Assembly: GCA_964347635.1 (NCBI GenBank)
Contig: CAYFZI010000002.1
Coordinates: 8,851 to 72,850, forward strand
DNA: 64,000 bases
Direction of reading: 5' to 3'
DNA from: an uncultured Dehalococcoidia bacterium
Lineage (GTDB): Bacteria; Chloroflexota; Dehalococcoidia; Bin125
The position numbers were made by a program, and so were the translations under genes. Below are positions 1 to 9,604 of the stretch, piece by piece. The notes beneath the pieces are model-generated. The model did not search any database, was not told the DNA's origin, and saw only the letters and a list, made by a program, of their open reading frames with translations. Numbering within the stretch: the first letter of the stretch is position 1; each line of letters begins with the position of its first letter.

Positions 1-422
1 CTGTCAAGGCGGCGCTGCTCGACCAGCGCAGCGTGGCCGGGATCGGCAACATCTACGCCGATGAGGCGCTCTTTCTCGCGCGCCTGCATCCGGCGGCGCC
101 GGCCGGATCGCTGCGTCCAGCGGAGCGGGCCGCCCTGCACGCCGCGATTCGCCAGGTGCTCGAGGAGGGGATCGCCCGCGGCGGCGCCTCGTTCCGCGAT
201 TACGCCAACGTTGCGGGCGGCGAAGGCGAGCAGCAGCACTATGTGCGCGTCTTCCGCCGCACCGAGCAGCCCTGCGACGACTGCGGCGCGTTGATCCGCC
301 GCAGCATCGTCGGCGGGCGGGCCTCGCACTGGTGCCCGCGCTGCCAGCATCCGCGGCAGGCGGCGCGGCGAGTGCTAGCCTCGCGCGGGAGGCGCCGCCA
401 TGACCGCTCGGCGACCGACTGA
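1..422 (+). CDS. mutM: Formamidopyrimidine-DNA glycosylase (Fpg/MutM), C-terminal fragment; 5' end lies outside the window
   Basis: The translation contains the Fpg H2TH region (GNIYADEALF...HP) and the C-terminal zinc finger CDDCG...CPRCQ. The frame is open from position 1. Confidence 0.8.
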   Translation, partial: VKAALLDQRSVAGIGNIYADEALFLARLHPAAPAGSLRPAERAALHAAIRQVLEEGIARGGASFRDYANVAGGEGEQQHYVRVFRRTEQPCDDCGALIRRSIVGGRASHWCPRCQHPRQAARRVLASRGRRRHDRSATD

Positions 423-1287
423 GGCCCACCCGCGCACACCGTTCGCGCCGAACCGCGCCGACCGCGAGCGCCGCGTCGCGATCGCCAGCTGCGAGGACTG
501 CGGCGGCGAGTTTGACCTGGCCGCCGCCGATCCCCGCGCGCGCGTCTGCGCGCCCTGCTTCGAGCGCTCGCTGCATGCCGTCGAGGTGGCGTTTCTGGAG
601 AACTACGCGCGGTTCGGCGCGAAGGCGCACCGCACCGTGGCCGAGGCGCTGTTCCGCTCGCAGGCGCTGGCCGACCCGGACGACCGCAAAGTGATCGGGA
701 TGCGGATCGTCGAGGAATATCTCAACGCCGCGCAGGAGCTGATGGCGCTCTATCTGGCGATGCGCCGCCGCCGCGAGCAGCCGCTGCTCAGCACGTTCAT
801 GAACTTCGAGCTCACGCCGCCCTCGGTCGCCGCGTTCCGGGCGCTCACCCTGGGGCGGACCGCCGCAGAGCTGCTGCGCGACCTGCAGCTGCCCACGCTC
901 GGCGATGTTGAGGCGGCGCGCGGCGAGATTCCCAAACGGGACTACCGCGCCTTCGCCGCCGCGACCGCCGCTGTGGCGCACGGCATCGAGCGCGTCCAGC
1001 GCGTCGATCAAGGCGTGCTGCTCGAGCTGGCCGACGGGCTGCGCTCCTCCTCGACGCTGACGCACAAGCTCGATTGGCTGCCGGAGCGGGCCATGAACCG
1101 CGATCAGGTTGCGCTGGTGGTGGTCGAGCAGCGCCGCCGCGTGGTGCTCACGCACGCGCTGGCGATCCACGAGCCGCAGCTCGAAGTGTTCATCGACGCG
1201 ATCGACAAGATCACCGGGGCGGCCCGCGACTTGATCTGGCTCTACCTCCACGTGCGCGACACGATGGCGCTGGAGGAGCGCGCATGA
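400..1287 (+). CDS. Hypothetical protein with an N-terminal CxxC...CxxC zinc-ribbon-like motif
   Basis: ATG at 400 is preceded by GGGAGG at 8 nt. Its TGA stop overlaps the downstream SDR start codon (ATGA at 1284-1287), implying translational coupling. I recognise no family. Confidence 0.5.
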   Translation: MTARRPTEAHPRTPFAPNRADRERRVAIASCEDCGGEFDLAAADPRARVCAPCFERSLHAVEVAFLENYARFGAKAHRTVAEALFRSQALADPDDRKVIGMRIVEEYLNAAQELMALYLAMRRRREQPLLSTFMNFELTPPSVAAFRALTLGRTAAELLRDLQLPTLGDVEAARGEIPKRDYRAFAAATAAVAHGIERVQRVDQGVLLELADGLRSSSTLTHKLDWLPERAMNRDQVALVVVEQRRRVVLTHALAIHEPQLEVFIDAIDKITGAARDLIWLYLHVRDTMALEERA

Positions 1288-2078
1288 GCGCCTCGCCGTT
1301 CTCGCTCGAAGGCCAGGTGGTGCTCGTTTCAGGCGCCGGCCGTGGGATTGGCAAGGCCGCCGCGCAGCTGATCGCGCAGATCGGCGCGCGGGTCGCGCTG
1401 ACTGCGCGCACCGCCGCGCAGGTTGAGGAAGTCGCCGAGAGTATCCGCGGCCAGGGCGGCGAAGCCTGGGCGTTCCGCGCTGATCTGGCCGAGATCGATG
1501 ACCACGAAAGCCTGATCGACGATGTCGAACAGGCCTGCGGGCCGCTCACCGGCCTAGTCAACGTTGCCGGCATCAGCCCGATTCTGCAGCGCGCCGAGCG
1601 GGTCACAGCGGCCGAGTACGACCAGATCATGAACGTCAATCAGCGCGGCACCTTCTTTCTCACGCGCAGCGTCGCGGCGCGCTGGATCGAGGCGCAGCGC
1701 GGCGGCAGCGTGGTCACGATCTCCTCGGTCGGCGCTGCCTACGGGCTGCCGCGCCAGGCGCCCTACGCGATGACCCGCGCCGCGGTCGAAGCGATGACGC
1801 GCACCTTCGCAGCCGAATGGGCCCACGCCCTGGCGGCGCCGATTCGGGTCAACTGCGTCGCGCCGGCGTTCATCGATACACCGCTGACCGAACCGATGCC
1901 CGGCTGGTACCGCGAGCGGGTCACCGAGCACACCGCGATGCGCCGCCTGGGCGCCGATGACGAGGTGGCCGGGGCTGTCGCCTTCCTGCTCTCCGACGCC
2001 GCCAGCTACATCACCGGCACCGTTCTGCCTGTCACCGGCGGCTACGGCCTCTGGTCGCTCGACCCGCCTCCAGGCTGA
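1284..2078 (+). CDS. Short-chain dehydrogenase/reductase (SDR) family oxidoreductase, FabG-like
   Basis: VLVSGAGRGIGKA Rossmann motif, NVAGI motif and catalytic Y...K region. GGAGG SD sits upstream of ATG 1284. The ORF-track start at 1074 is too far upstream. Confidence 0.8.
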   Translation: MSASPFSLEGQVVLVSGAGRGIGKAAAQLIAQIGARVALTARTAAQVEEVAESIRGQGGEAWAFRADLAEIDDHESLIDDVEQACGPLTGLVNVAGISPILQRAERVTAAEYDQIMNVNQRGTFFLTRSVAARWIEAQRGGSVVTISSVGAAYGLPRQAPYAMTRAAVEAMTRTFAAEWAHALAAPIRVNCVAPAFIDTPLTEPMPGWYRERVTEHTAMRRLGADDEVAGAVAFLLSDAASYITGTVLPVTGGYGLWSLDPPPG

Positions 2079-2082
2079 CGCC

Positions 2083-3045
2083 GTGCCCGCGCCCTTCACC
2101 GCCGCCGCCGTGCAATGGGCCCCGGGGCTGACACTGCGCGGCAGCGTGGAGCGCGCGCGCGCCGCGATCGGCGAAGCGGCTGCGGCCGGCGCGGCGCTGA
2201 TCGTCTTCCCCGAGACCTGGATCCCGATGTATCCCTATTTCCACTCGCGGTCGGCCGACCGCGCCTCCTTCGCCCGCCTCTACGAGCACCATTTCGAGCA
2301 CAGCATGGTCATCGGCGGTCCGGAGTGGACAGCGCTGACAGAAGCCGCGCGCGAGGCGCAAGCCGCGGTGGTGATCGGGATCAATGAGCGCGAGGCCGCC
2401 GGCGGCACGCTCTACAACACGCTCGCCTACATCGGCGCCGACGGCGCGCTGCTCGGCAGGCACCGCAAGCTTGTTCCGACGCTGTCTGAGCGCCTCATCT
2501 GGGGCTACGGCGACGGCTCCGACCTCGATGTCTACGAGACGCCGCATGGACGCTTGGGCGGCTTGATTTGCTACGAACACCACATGGCCCCGGCCCGCTA
2601 CGCGCTGGCCGGGCTCGGCATCCAGGTTCATGCCTCGGTCTGGCCGGGCTGGGAGATGCTGCACGGCATCGTGGACGCCGCGACGCGCCAGCTCGCCTAT
2701 GAAAACGCCTGCTTCGTGATCGTCGCGCGCGAGGTGATGTCGGCCGAGCGCCTGCCGGCCGGCACGCCGCTGGCCGAGGAGCCGTTCTGGTCGGCCAGCG
2801 GCGGCAGCGCGATCATCGCGCCGGGCGGCAAGTACCTGGCCGGCCCGGCAATCGGCGAGGAGACGATCCTCTACGCGGAGATCGATCCCCGCGCCACGAT
2901 TGAGTCCAAGCGCTGGGTCGACAGCGTCGGCCACTACAGCCGCCCCGATGTGTTTCAGCTGCACTGGAACCGCAGCCCGCGCCGTCCGCTCGTGATCAGC
3001 GCCGAACCCCCGCCGCCGCTTGGCCTGCACCGCGATGCCGAGTGA
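2083..3045 (+). CDS. Carbon-nitrogen hydrolase (nitrilase / cyanide hydratase family)
   Basis: AAVQ...LIVFPETWIP N-terminus, catalytic Cys in GGLICYEHH, and E/K context. GTG 2083 is chosen immediately after the SDR stop at 2078; the track ORF starts inside the SDR. Confidence 0.7.
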   Translation: MPAPFTAAAVQWAPGLTLRGSVERARAAIGEAAAAGAALIVFPETWIPMYPYFHSRSADRASFARLYEHHFEHSMVIGGPEWTALTEAAREAQAAVVIGINEREAAGGTLYNTLAYIGADGALLGRHRKLVPTLSERLIWGYGDGSDLDVYETPHGRLGGLICYEHHMAPARYALAGLGIQVHASVWPGWEMLHGIVDAATRQLAYENACFVIVAREVMSAERLPAGTPLAEEPFWSASGGSAIIAPGGKYLAGPAIGEETILYAEIDPRATIESKRWVDSVGHYSRPDVFQLHWNRSPRRPLVISAEPPPPLGLHRDAE

Positions 3046-4102
3046 CGCACGCGCGCAGCGCGGCGACGCGATCACCGCGGTGCCCGGCATCAAAGTCGGC
3101 CACTACACCGATCGGCGCCGCGCCACCGGCTGCACGGTGATCCTCTGCGAGCAGGGCGCTGCACCCGGCTTTTTCAACCCCGGCGGCGCGCCCGGTACGA
3201 TCGAGACCGACCTCGCCCGACCCGAAAACGCCGTCCAGCAAGTCCACGCTGTGCTGCTCACCGGCGGCAGCGGTTTCGGACTCGAAGCCGCCACCGGCGT
3301 CCGCCGCCGCCTGCGCGAGCAGAACATCGGCCTCCGCCTGCGGTCCGGCCTCCCCGCCATCCCGCTCGTGCTCGGCGCCGTCGTCTTCGACCTCGGCATC
3401 GGCGAGCCGGCCAACCCCACCGCCGCCAACGGACGCAACGCCGTCGACCGAGCCCGCGCCGACACCGTCCTTCAAGGCTCCGTCGGTGTGGGGACCGGCT
3501 GCACCGTCGCCAAGCTCGGCCCGCCCGGCACCGCCGTCAAAGGCGGCTTCGGCACCGCCGCCGCGCACCATGAATCCTCCGGCCTGATCGTCGGCGCGGC
3601 CGTCGCCGCCAACGCCGTCGGCGGCATCGTCGACCCCGCCGACGGCCGGCTTGTCGCCGGCCCCCGCGCCGGCCCCAACGGCGAGATGCTGCGCAGCAGC
3701 GGGATCATGCGCGCCAAGCTCTACGCTGATTACGTCAGCGAGTTCGCCGCCCAAGCGGCCGCCCAGCCGACTGCCCGGCCGTCCGACCAGCCCGGCGCAA
3801 ACACCACGCTGGCCGTGGTCGCGACCAATGCGCGCCTGCACAAGGGCCAGACGCGCCGCCTCGCGATCATGGCTTCAGCTGGACTGGCGCGCACGATCGA
3901 GGCCGTCTTCAGCCCCGCCGACGGCGATTCGGTCTTCAGCCTCGCCACGGGCGAGATCGACATCTCCGCTGCGTCGCCGCTGCTGACGCTGCTCGGCGTC
4001 ATGGCCGCGGACGCGGCTGCGGAGGCCGCCCTCCGCAGCGTGCGCAGCGCTGCGCCGCTGCACGGCGTCCCCTCAGCAGCCGAGTGCGCACCCAGCGGTT
4101 GA
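3035..4102 (+). CDS. Peptidase S58 (DmpA / L-aminopeptidase D-Ala-esterase) family protein
   Basis: ITAVPGIKVGHYTD...TGCTVIL and LTGGSGFGLEAATGV motifs of the DmpA/ArgJ-like fold. ATG 3035 overlaps the nitrilase 3' end by 11 nt; an alternative TTG start lies at 3020. Confidence 0.65.
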   Translation: MPSDARAQRGDAITAVPGIKVGHYTDRRRATGCTVILCEQGAAPGFFNPGGAPGTIETDLARPENAVQQVHAVLLTGGSGFGLEAATGVRRRLREQNIGLRLRSGLPAIPLVLGAVVFDLGIGEPANPTAANGRNAVDRARADTVLQGSVGVGTGCTVAKLGPPGTAVKGGFGTAAAHHESSGLIVGAAVAANAVGGIVDPADGRLVAGPRAGPNGEMLRSSGIMRAKLYADYVSEFAAQAAAQPTARPSDQPGANTTLAVVATNARLHKGQTRRLAIMASAGLARTIEAVFSPADGDSVFSLATGEIDISAASPLLTLLGVMAADAAAEAALRSVRSAAPLHGVPSAAECAPSG

Positions 4103-4381
4103 TCGGACGCTTCCAACTGCCGCACCGCCTTTAGCGGTTCCGCTGCGGCACTTTGGGAGCACTGTGCACTTGGCTCCATGCCGCTGCCTGGCTGTACTTC
4201 GCCTGCGGCAGCGGCTGTTGGCTGCTGTCAGCTGCGTAACCGTCGGCCGGCTTGAAGGCTTGAAGTCAAGCTTCCATGCTGACCGCGGACTAGCCGCGGC
4301 CCCGCCTGCATCCGTCCCCGTATGCGCCCTACCTTGCCCTCCGCACACTGAGGATATTGAGGACACTGAGGAGAATGCCCC

Positions 4382-5152
4382 ATGACCCGCCCTCCCCTGA
4401 TTCTCGTCACCAACGACGACGGGATCGACGCCGACGGCCTCTGGCTGCTCGCGGAAGCGCTCCGGGAGCACGGCGATGTGATGGTGGCGGCGCCGGCCTT
4501 CAATCAGTCGGGGATGAGCGCGGCGTTCACGCTGCACCGCGACCTCGAATCGGAGCGGGCCCACTCGCGGCTGGCAGGTGTGAACGCCTGGCAGGTGAGC
4601 GGCACGCCGACGGATGCGGTCGTGCTCGGCCTGCGCCGCCATGCGGAGCGGCGCGTCTCGATGATCGTCTCCGGCGTCAACCCCGGTCCCAACGTGGGCC
4701 GCGACATTCTCCATTCGGGCACTGTGATGGCGGCGATGCAGGGATATCTGCGCGGGCTGCCCTCCGTCGCGGTCTCTTCGGCGAGCATCGACGGCGCGCA
4801 CCTCGATGCAGCGGCGCAGATCGGCGCCGATACCGCCGCCTGGCTGCTGCAGCGCGGCGCCGTGCAGCTGCTCAACGTCAACGTGCCCAACCGTCCGCGC
4901 AGCGAAATCGGCGGCCTCGAAATCACGCACACCGGTGATGTATCGCTCGACCGCGTCGTCGACTACACGGAGCCCGACGGCACGATTCGCCGCCAGCTGG
5001 TGCAGCGCGAAGGCGTCGAGCTGGCGGCCGGCAGCGATGTCGCCGCGCTCGTTCGCGGCCGCGTCTCGATCACGCCGCTGGACAACGACATCACCGCGCA
5101 CGCCGCGCTCGATGAGACCCGCGCCGCCGCCGCGGAGCTGAGGCTGCGCTGA
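4382..5152 (+). CDS. surE: 5'/3'-nucleotidase SurE
   Basis: ILVTNDDGIDADGL...VMVAAPAFNQSG signature. GAGGAG SD sits before the ATG. Confidence 0.85.
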   Translation: MTRPPLILVTNDDGIDADGLWLLAEALREHGDVMVAAPAFNQSGMSAAFTLHRDLESERAHSRLAGVNAWQVSGTPTDAVVLGLRRHAERRVSMIVSGVNPGPNVGRDILHSGTVMAAMQGYLRGLPSVAVSSASIDGAHLDAAAQIGADTAAWLLQRGAVQLLNVNVPNRPRSEIGGLEITHTGDVSLDRVVDYTEPDGTIRRQLVQREGVELAAGSDVAALVRGRVSITPLDNDITAHAALDETRAAAAELRLR

Positions 5153-5280
5153 ATTCGGCGCGCCCGCGCCGGTGATACTCTCGTTCATCGAACATTGAAT
5201 GAGCGCTGGCTGCATTTGCCTGCGCCGGCCGCGCCGATTGCGCTGACTGACTGCACTGATTGCATTGTGGAGACGCTGCG

Positions 5281-6027
5281 ATGGCGGGACACTCGAAATG
5301 GGCGCAGATCAAGCGCAAGAAGGGCGTGACCGATGCCAAGCGCGGCCAGCTCTTCACCAAACTCGGGCGCGAGTTGGCCGTGGCCGCCCGGCAGGGCGGC
5401 CCGAATCCCGATGAAAACCCGGCCCTGCGCCTGGCGATCGAACGGGCGCGCCAGAACAACATGCCGAAGGACAACATCCAGCGCGCGATCGATCGCGCGA
5501 CCAACGCCGCCGATGCCGCGCGGCTGGAGCAGATCCGCTACGAGGCCTACGGCCCCGGCGGCGCCGCGCTGCTGATCGACTCGCTGACCGATAACCGCAA
5601 CCGCACCGTCTCGGAGGTGCGCGCCGCGCTCACGCGGGCCGGCGCGAATATGGCCGAGTCCGGCGCGGTCGCCTGGATTTTCGAGCCGAAGGGCGTGATC
5701 GGCGTCGACATTGAGGCCGGGATCGACGCTGACGAAGTCGCGCTCGCCGCCATCGACGGCGGCGCCGAGGATGTCGATGTTGAAGCCGGCCTGATCGAAG
5801 TGATTACCGCGCCAAGCGGTCTGGAGCAGGCGCGCGGCTCGGTCGAGAGCGCCGGCGCGCCGATCGCTTCGGCGGAGGTCGTGATGCGCCCCACCAATAC
5901 GGTCGCAGTCGGGGGTGCGCAGGCCCGCGCGCTGCTGCGGCTGATCGAATCGCTCGAAGATCTCGATGATGTGCAGCGCGTCTTCACCAATGCAGACTTC
6001 CCCGATGCTGTGCTGGCGGAGGCCTGA
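5281..6027 (+). CDS. yebC: YebC/PmpR family DNA-binding transcriptional regulator
   Basis: MAGHSKWAQIKRKKG...NIQRAIDRA hallmark N-terminus. The start is placed at the second ATG, matching family N-termini. Confidence 0.9.
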   Translation: MAGHSKWAQIKRKKGVTDAKRGQLFTKLGRELAVAARQGGPNPDENPALRLAIERARQNNMPKDNIQRAIDRATNAADAARLEQIRYEAYGPGGAALLIDSLTDNRNRTVSEVRAALTRAGANMAESGAVAWIFEPKGVIGVDIEAGIDADEVALAAIDGGAEDVDVEAGLIEVITAPSGLEQARGSVESAGAPIASAEVVMRPTNTVAVGGAQARALLRLIESLEDLDDVQRVFTNADFPDAVLAEA

Positions 6028-6030
6028 TCG

Positions 6031-6546
6031 GTGAGCGGAGCGCCCGCGCACGCGGCGGGCGGCGTGCTGGGCGTGGACCCCGGTTTGCGCGCGACGGGCT
6101 GGGGCGTGCTCAAGATCGCCGCCGACGGCTCCGCCCAGCTCGCCTGGGGCGTCCTGCGGCCCTCCGCAGCGCCGCTCGCCGGGCGCTTGGCGGAGATCTA
6201 CGAAGGCGTCTCCGAGCTGATTGAACGCTACAGACCGGCCGCCGCCGCCGTCGAGCGCCCCTTCGTGCGGCATAACGTGCGCACAGCGGTCGCTCTGGGG
6301 CAGGCCGAAGCCGCAGCGATGATCGCCGCCAGCCGGGCCGGCCTGGAGATCGCCGAGTATGCGCCGCGCGCGATCCGCGAGGCCGTCGTCGGCGACGGCG
6401 GCGCCGATAAACGGGCGGTCGCCGCGGCGCTCGCCGCCCGCCTGCAGCTCGCCCGCCTCGATGCGTCCAACGACGCCGCCGACGCCCTCGCCGTCGCCTA
6501 CTGCCACGTCCTGACGGCGCAGGGCCTGCGCGCGGCAGCGCCGTGA
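6031..6546 (+). CDS. ruvC: Crossover junction endodeoxyribonuclease RuvC
   Basis: VLGVDPGLRATGWGV N-terminal motif and RNase H-like fold pattern. It sits in the conserved yebC-ruvC-ruvA order. Confidence 0.85.
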   Translation: MSGAPAHAAGGVLGVDPGLRATGWGVLKIAADGSAQLAWGVLRPSAAPLAGRLAEIYEGVSELIERYRPAAAAVERPFVRHNVRTAVALGQAEAAAMIAASRAGLEIAEYAPRAIREAVVGDGGADKRAVAAALAARLQLARLDASNDAADALAVAYCHVLTAQGLRAAAP

Positions 6547-7178
6547 TCTCCCGCCTGCGCGGCGAAGCGATCGCCTGGGACGATGAGTCGCAGAGCGTTG
6601 AAGTGGCCCTCGGCGGTCTCGTCTACGAGGTGCGCCTGCCCACGATCTGCTGGCGCGCGCTCGAGGCCAAGCGCCCCGAACAGCTCGAACTGTTCACCCA
6701 CTACCACGTCCCCGATCGCGCCCCGACCCCCGTCTTGATCGGCTTTCAGCGCCCCATCGAGCGCGATTTCTTTCGCAAGCTGATCACCGTCAACAGCATG
6801 GGCGTCACGAAGGCGCAGCGCGCGCTCGCCGCTTCGGTTTCGACGATCGCGCAGTGGATCGAGGCCGGCGACCGCCGCGCGCTCAGCGGCCTGCCGGGTA
6901 TTGGCACGCGCCAAGCGGACAAGATCATCGCCGAGCTGCGCGGCAAGCTGGTCGAGGAAGCGCTGCTGCGCGACGAAGGCTTCGACGGCGCCGCCGAGCC
7001 GCAGGCCCGCGCGCCCGACCAGGTCGCGGCTGACACCGTCGAGGCGCTGGTCGGGCTCGGCTATCAGCGCCGCGAGGCCGAGCGTTGGGTCGCCGAACTG
7101 GCGCCGTCCGCGGGCGCCGAGCAGACCACAGAGACAGTGCTGCGCGCCGTCCTCCAGCGCCTCGCCGGCGACGCCTGA
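6543..7178 (+). CDS. ruvA: Holliday junction branch migration protein RuvA
   Basis: MISRLRG...V.V..GGLVYEV OB-fold N-terminus and helix-hairpin-helix GLPGIGTRQADKII. It overlaps the ruvC stop by 4 nt. Confidence 0.85.
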   Translation: MISRLRGEAIAWDDESQSVEVALGGLVYEVRLPTICWRALEAKRPEQLELFTHYHVPDRAPTPVLIGFQRPIERDFFRKLITVNSMGVTKAQRALAASVSTIAQWIEAGDRRALSGLPGIGTRQADKIIAELRGKLVEEALLRDEGFDGAAEPQARAPDQVAADTVEALVGLGYQRREAERWVAELAPSAGAEQTTETVLRAVLQRLAGDA

Positions 7179-7231
7179 GGCCGCCGCGGCGGGCTACGAT
7201 GTGATCGATCCAGTCCTGCAGGGAGCGGTAC

Positions 7232-9349
7232 GTGCCTGACCGATTCGAACTCACCGCCGACTATCAGCCGACCGGCGACCAGCCGCATGCGATCCGCGAG
7301 CTGGTCAGCGGCCTGCAGACCGGCCAGCGGGCGCAGACGCTGCTGGGCGTGACGGGCTCCGGCAAGACGTTCACGATGGCCAACGTGATCGCCGAGCTGC
7401 ACCGCCCGACTCTGGTGCTCGCACACAACAAAACCCTCGCCGCCCAGCTCTGCACCGAATTCCGCGACTTCTTCCCCAACAACGCCGTCGAGTACTTCGT
7501 CTCCTACTACGACTACTACCAGCCCGAGGCCTACATCCCCCGCTCCGACACCTACATCGCCAAGGAATCCGACATCAACGACGAGATCGACAAGCTGCGC
7601 CACGCTGCGACGCGCGCGCTCTTCGAGCGCCGCGATGTGGTGATCGTCGCCTCAGTCTCCTGCATCTACGGCCTCGGCGAGCCGGAGGACTATCAGGGCA
7701 TGGTGCTGACGCTCGAAAAGGGTAAGCACGCGGCGCGCAACCTGGTCCTGCGGCGCTTGATCGACCAGCAGTATGAGCGCGACGAGCTGACGCTGCAGCG
7801 CGGCCGCTTCCGCATCCGCGGCGACACCCTGACAATCCAGCCCTCCTACGAAGACCTCGCCGTTCGGGTTGAGTTCTGGAACGATGAGGTTGAGCGGATC
7901 GTCGAGCTGGACCCGCTGACGGGCGAGATTCTCGCCGACCGCGAGCGCGTCGATGTCTATCCCGCCAAACACTTCGTGACCACCGATGAGCGCATGGCCG
8001 CGGCTGTCGCGGACATCGAGGCGGAGCTGCAGCAGCAGCTCGAGCTGCTGCGCGGCGAGGACCGTATCCTCGAAGCCGCGCGGCTCGAGGAACGGACCAA
8101 GTACGACCTCGAAACGCTGCGCGAGACTGGCTACTGCGCGGGCATCGAGAACTACTCGCGGCACCTCGCCCGCCGCGCCGCCGGCAGCACGCCTTGGACG
8201 CTGCTCGACTACTTCCCCGAAGACTGGCTGCTGTTCATCGACGAGAGCCACATGACGCTGCCGCAGGTGCGCGGCATGTACGGCGGCGACACGCGGCGCA
8301 AGCAAACCTTGGTCGACTTCGGCTTCCGCCTGCCCTCCGCGATCGACAACCGGCCGCTCAACATCGACGAGTTCGAGCGCCACATCAACCAAGTCGTCTT
8401 CGTCTCCGCCACCCCCGCCGATTACGAGCGCAACCACTCGGAGCAGATTGTCGAGCAGCTGATTCGACCCACCGGGCTGCTCGATCCTGAGGTTGAGGTG
8501 CGCGGCACCGACGGCCAGATCGACGACCTAGTCTCCGAAATTCGCGCCCGCGCCGAACGCGGCGAGCGCACCCTCGTGACCACCCTGACCAAGAAGATGT
8601 CCGAAGACCTCGCCGACTACCTGCGCGAAGTGGGGATTAAGACCTACTATCTGCACAGCGAGCAGGACGCGTTTCAGCGCGTCGAAGTGCTGCGCGACCT
8701 GCGCCTCGGCGTCTTCGACTGCGTCGTGGGCATCAATCTGCTCCGCGAGGGGCTCGATCTGCCGGAAGTGAGCTTGGTCGCCGTGCTCGACGCCGATAAG
8801 GAAGGCTTCCTGCGCAACGAGAGCACGATGGTGCAGACGATCGGCCGCGCCGCGCGCCACATCAACGCCCACGCGATCCTCTACGCCGATCGGATCACCG
8901 ATTCGATGCGCCTGGCGATCGACGAAACGCACCGCCGCCGCGCCGTGCAGGCCGAATACAACCAGCGCCATAACATCGCCCCGGCCTCGATCAGCAAGGA
9001 AATCCGCGATATCACCGACCAAATCATCACCGATCAGGCCAGCGACCTCCGCGAGGTCGCCGAAGACGCGCCCCACTATGCGGCGGCGGAAAGCGGCGCG
9101 CCGCTCCCGACCGACGCCAGCCCCGATCAGATCGCGCGTCTGATCAAAGAGCTCGAAGGGCGTATGAAGCAGGCTTCGCGCGATCTGGAATTCGAAAAGG
9201 CCGCCGTGCTGCGCGACCAGATCGTCGAGCTGCGCCGCGGCCTCGCCGGCGATCCCGAGCAGCTCGAGCCGTGGGTCGACCAGGCCTACGGACGGCGCCG
9301 GCGTCCGCGCCGCCGCCGCGAACCGGCCGGCACCGCGCGCGGCGGCTGA
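7232..9349 (+). CDS. uvrB: Excinuclease ABC subunit B (UvrB)
   Basis: GVTGSGKTF Walker A, helicase motifs, beta-hairpin region, and the C-terminal UVR domain ([30 protein letters not shown]). Confidence 0.95.
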   Translation: MPDRFELTADYQPTGDQPHAIRELVSGLQTGQRAQTLLGVTGSGKTFTMANVIAELHRPTLVLAHNKTLAAQLCTEFRDFFPNNAVEYFVSYYDYYQPEAYIPRSDTYIAKESDINDEIDKLRHAATRALFERRDVVIVASVSCIYGLGEPEDYQGMVLTLEKGKHAARNLVLRRLIDQQYERDELTLQRGRFRIRGDTLTIQPSYEDLAVRVEFWNDEVERIVELDPLTGEILADRERVDVYPAKHFVTTDERMAAAVADIEAELQQQLELLRGEDRILEAARLEERTKYDLETLRETGYCAGIENYSRHLARRAAGSTPWTLLDYFPEDWLLFIDESHMTLPQVRGMYGGDTRRKQTLVDFGFRLPSAIDNRPLNIDEFERHINQVVFVSATPADYERNHSEQIVEQLIRPTGLLDPEVEVRGTDGQIDDLVSEIRARAERGERTLVTTLTKKMSEDLADYLREVGIKTYYLHSEQDAFQRVEVLRDLRLGVFDCVVGINLLREGLDLPEVSLVAVLDADKEGFLRNESTMVQTIGRAARHINAHAILYADRITDSMRLAIDETHRRRAVQAEYNQRHNIAPASISKEIRDITDQIITDQASDLREVAEDAPHYAAAESGAPLPTDASPDQIARLIKELEGRMKQASRDLEFEKAAVLRDQIVELRRGLAGDPEQLEPWVDQAYGRRRRPRRRREPAGTARGG

Positions 9350-9604
9350 TTCCAGCGCCGTTTTGACGCCCTCTCCATAATGTTGATACTGTCGCCTTGA
9401 CGCGCGCACGGGCGGTTGGGAGACCGCGCGGCAGGGCGAGGCACGCCCCCTGCAGATAAGCGGCGTGCAGGTGAGCAGAGCGTCCACTGTGCGCGTTGTG
9501 CGCGCTGAACCCGCTCACCCGCCGCATCTACTTGGCGGGTGAGCCCGCGCTGAGGCGGGTCCCGCCCGCAGGCCCCGCCGCTTGGGCGCCCGGGAGGTGC
9601 AACG

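Noticed and set aside
4-1251. 415-aa minus-strand ORF covering mutM and the downstream hypothetical gene
   Set aside because: Arg/Ala/Gly-rich low-complexity translation typical of antisense frames in ~70% GC DNA. The plus-strand frames have recognisable domains, SD sites and start/stop coupling.
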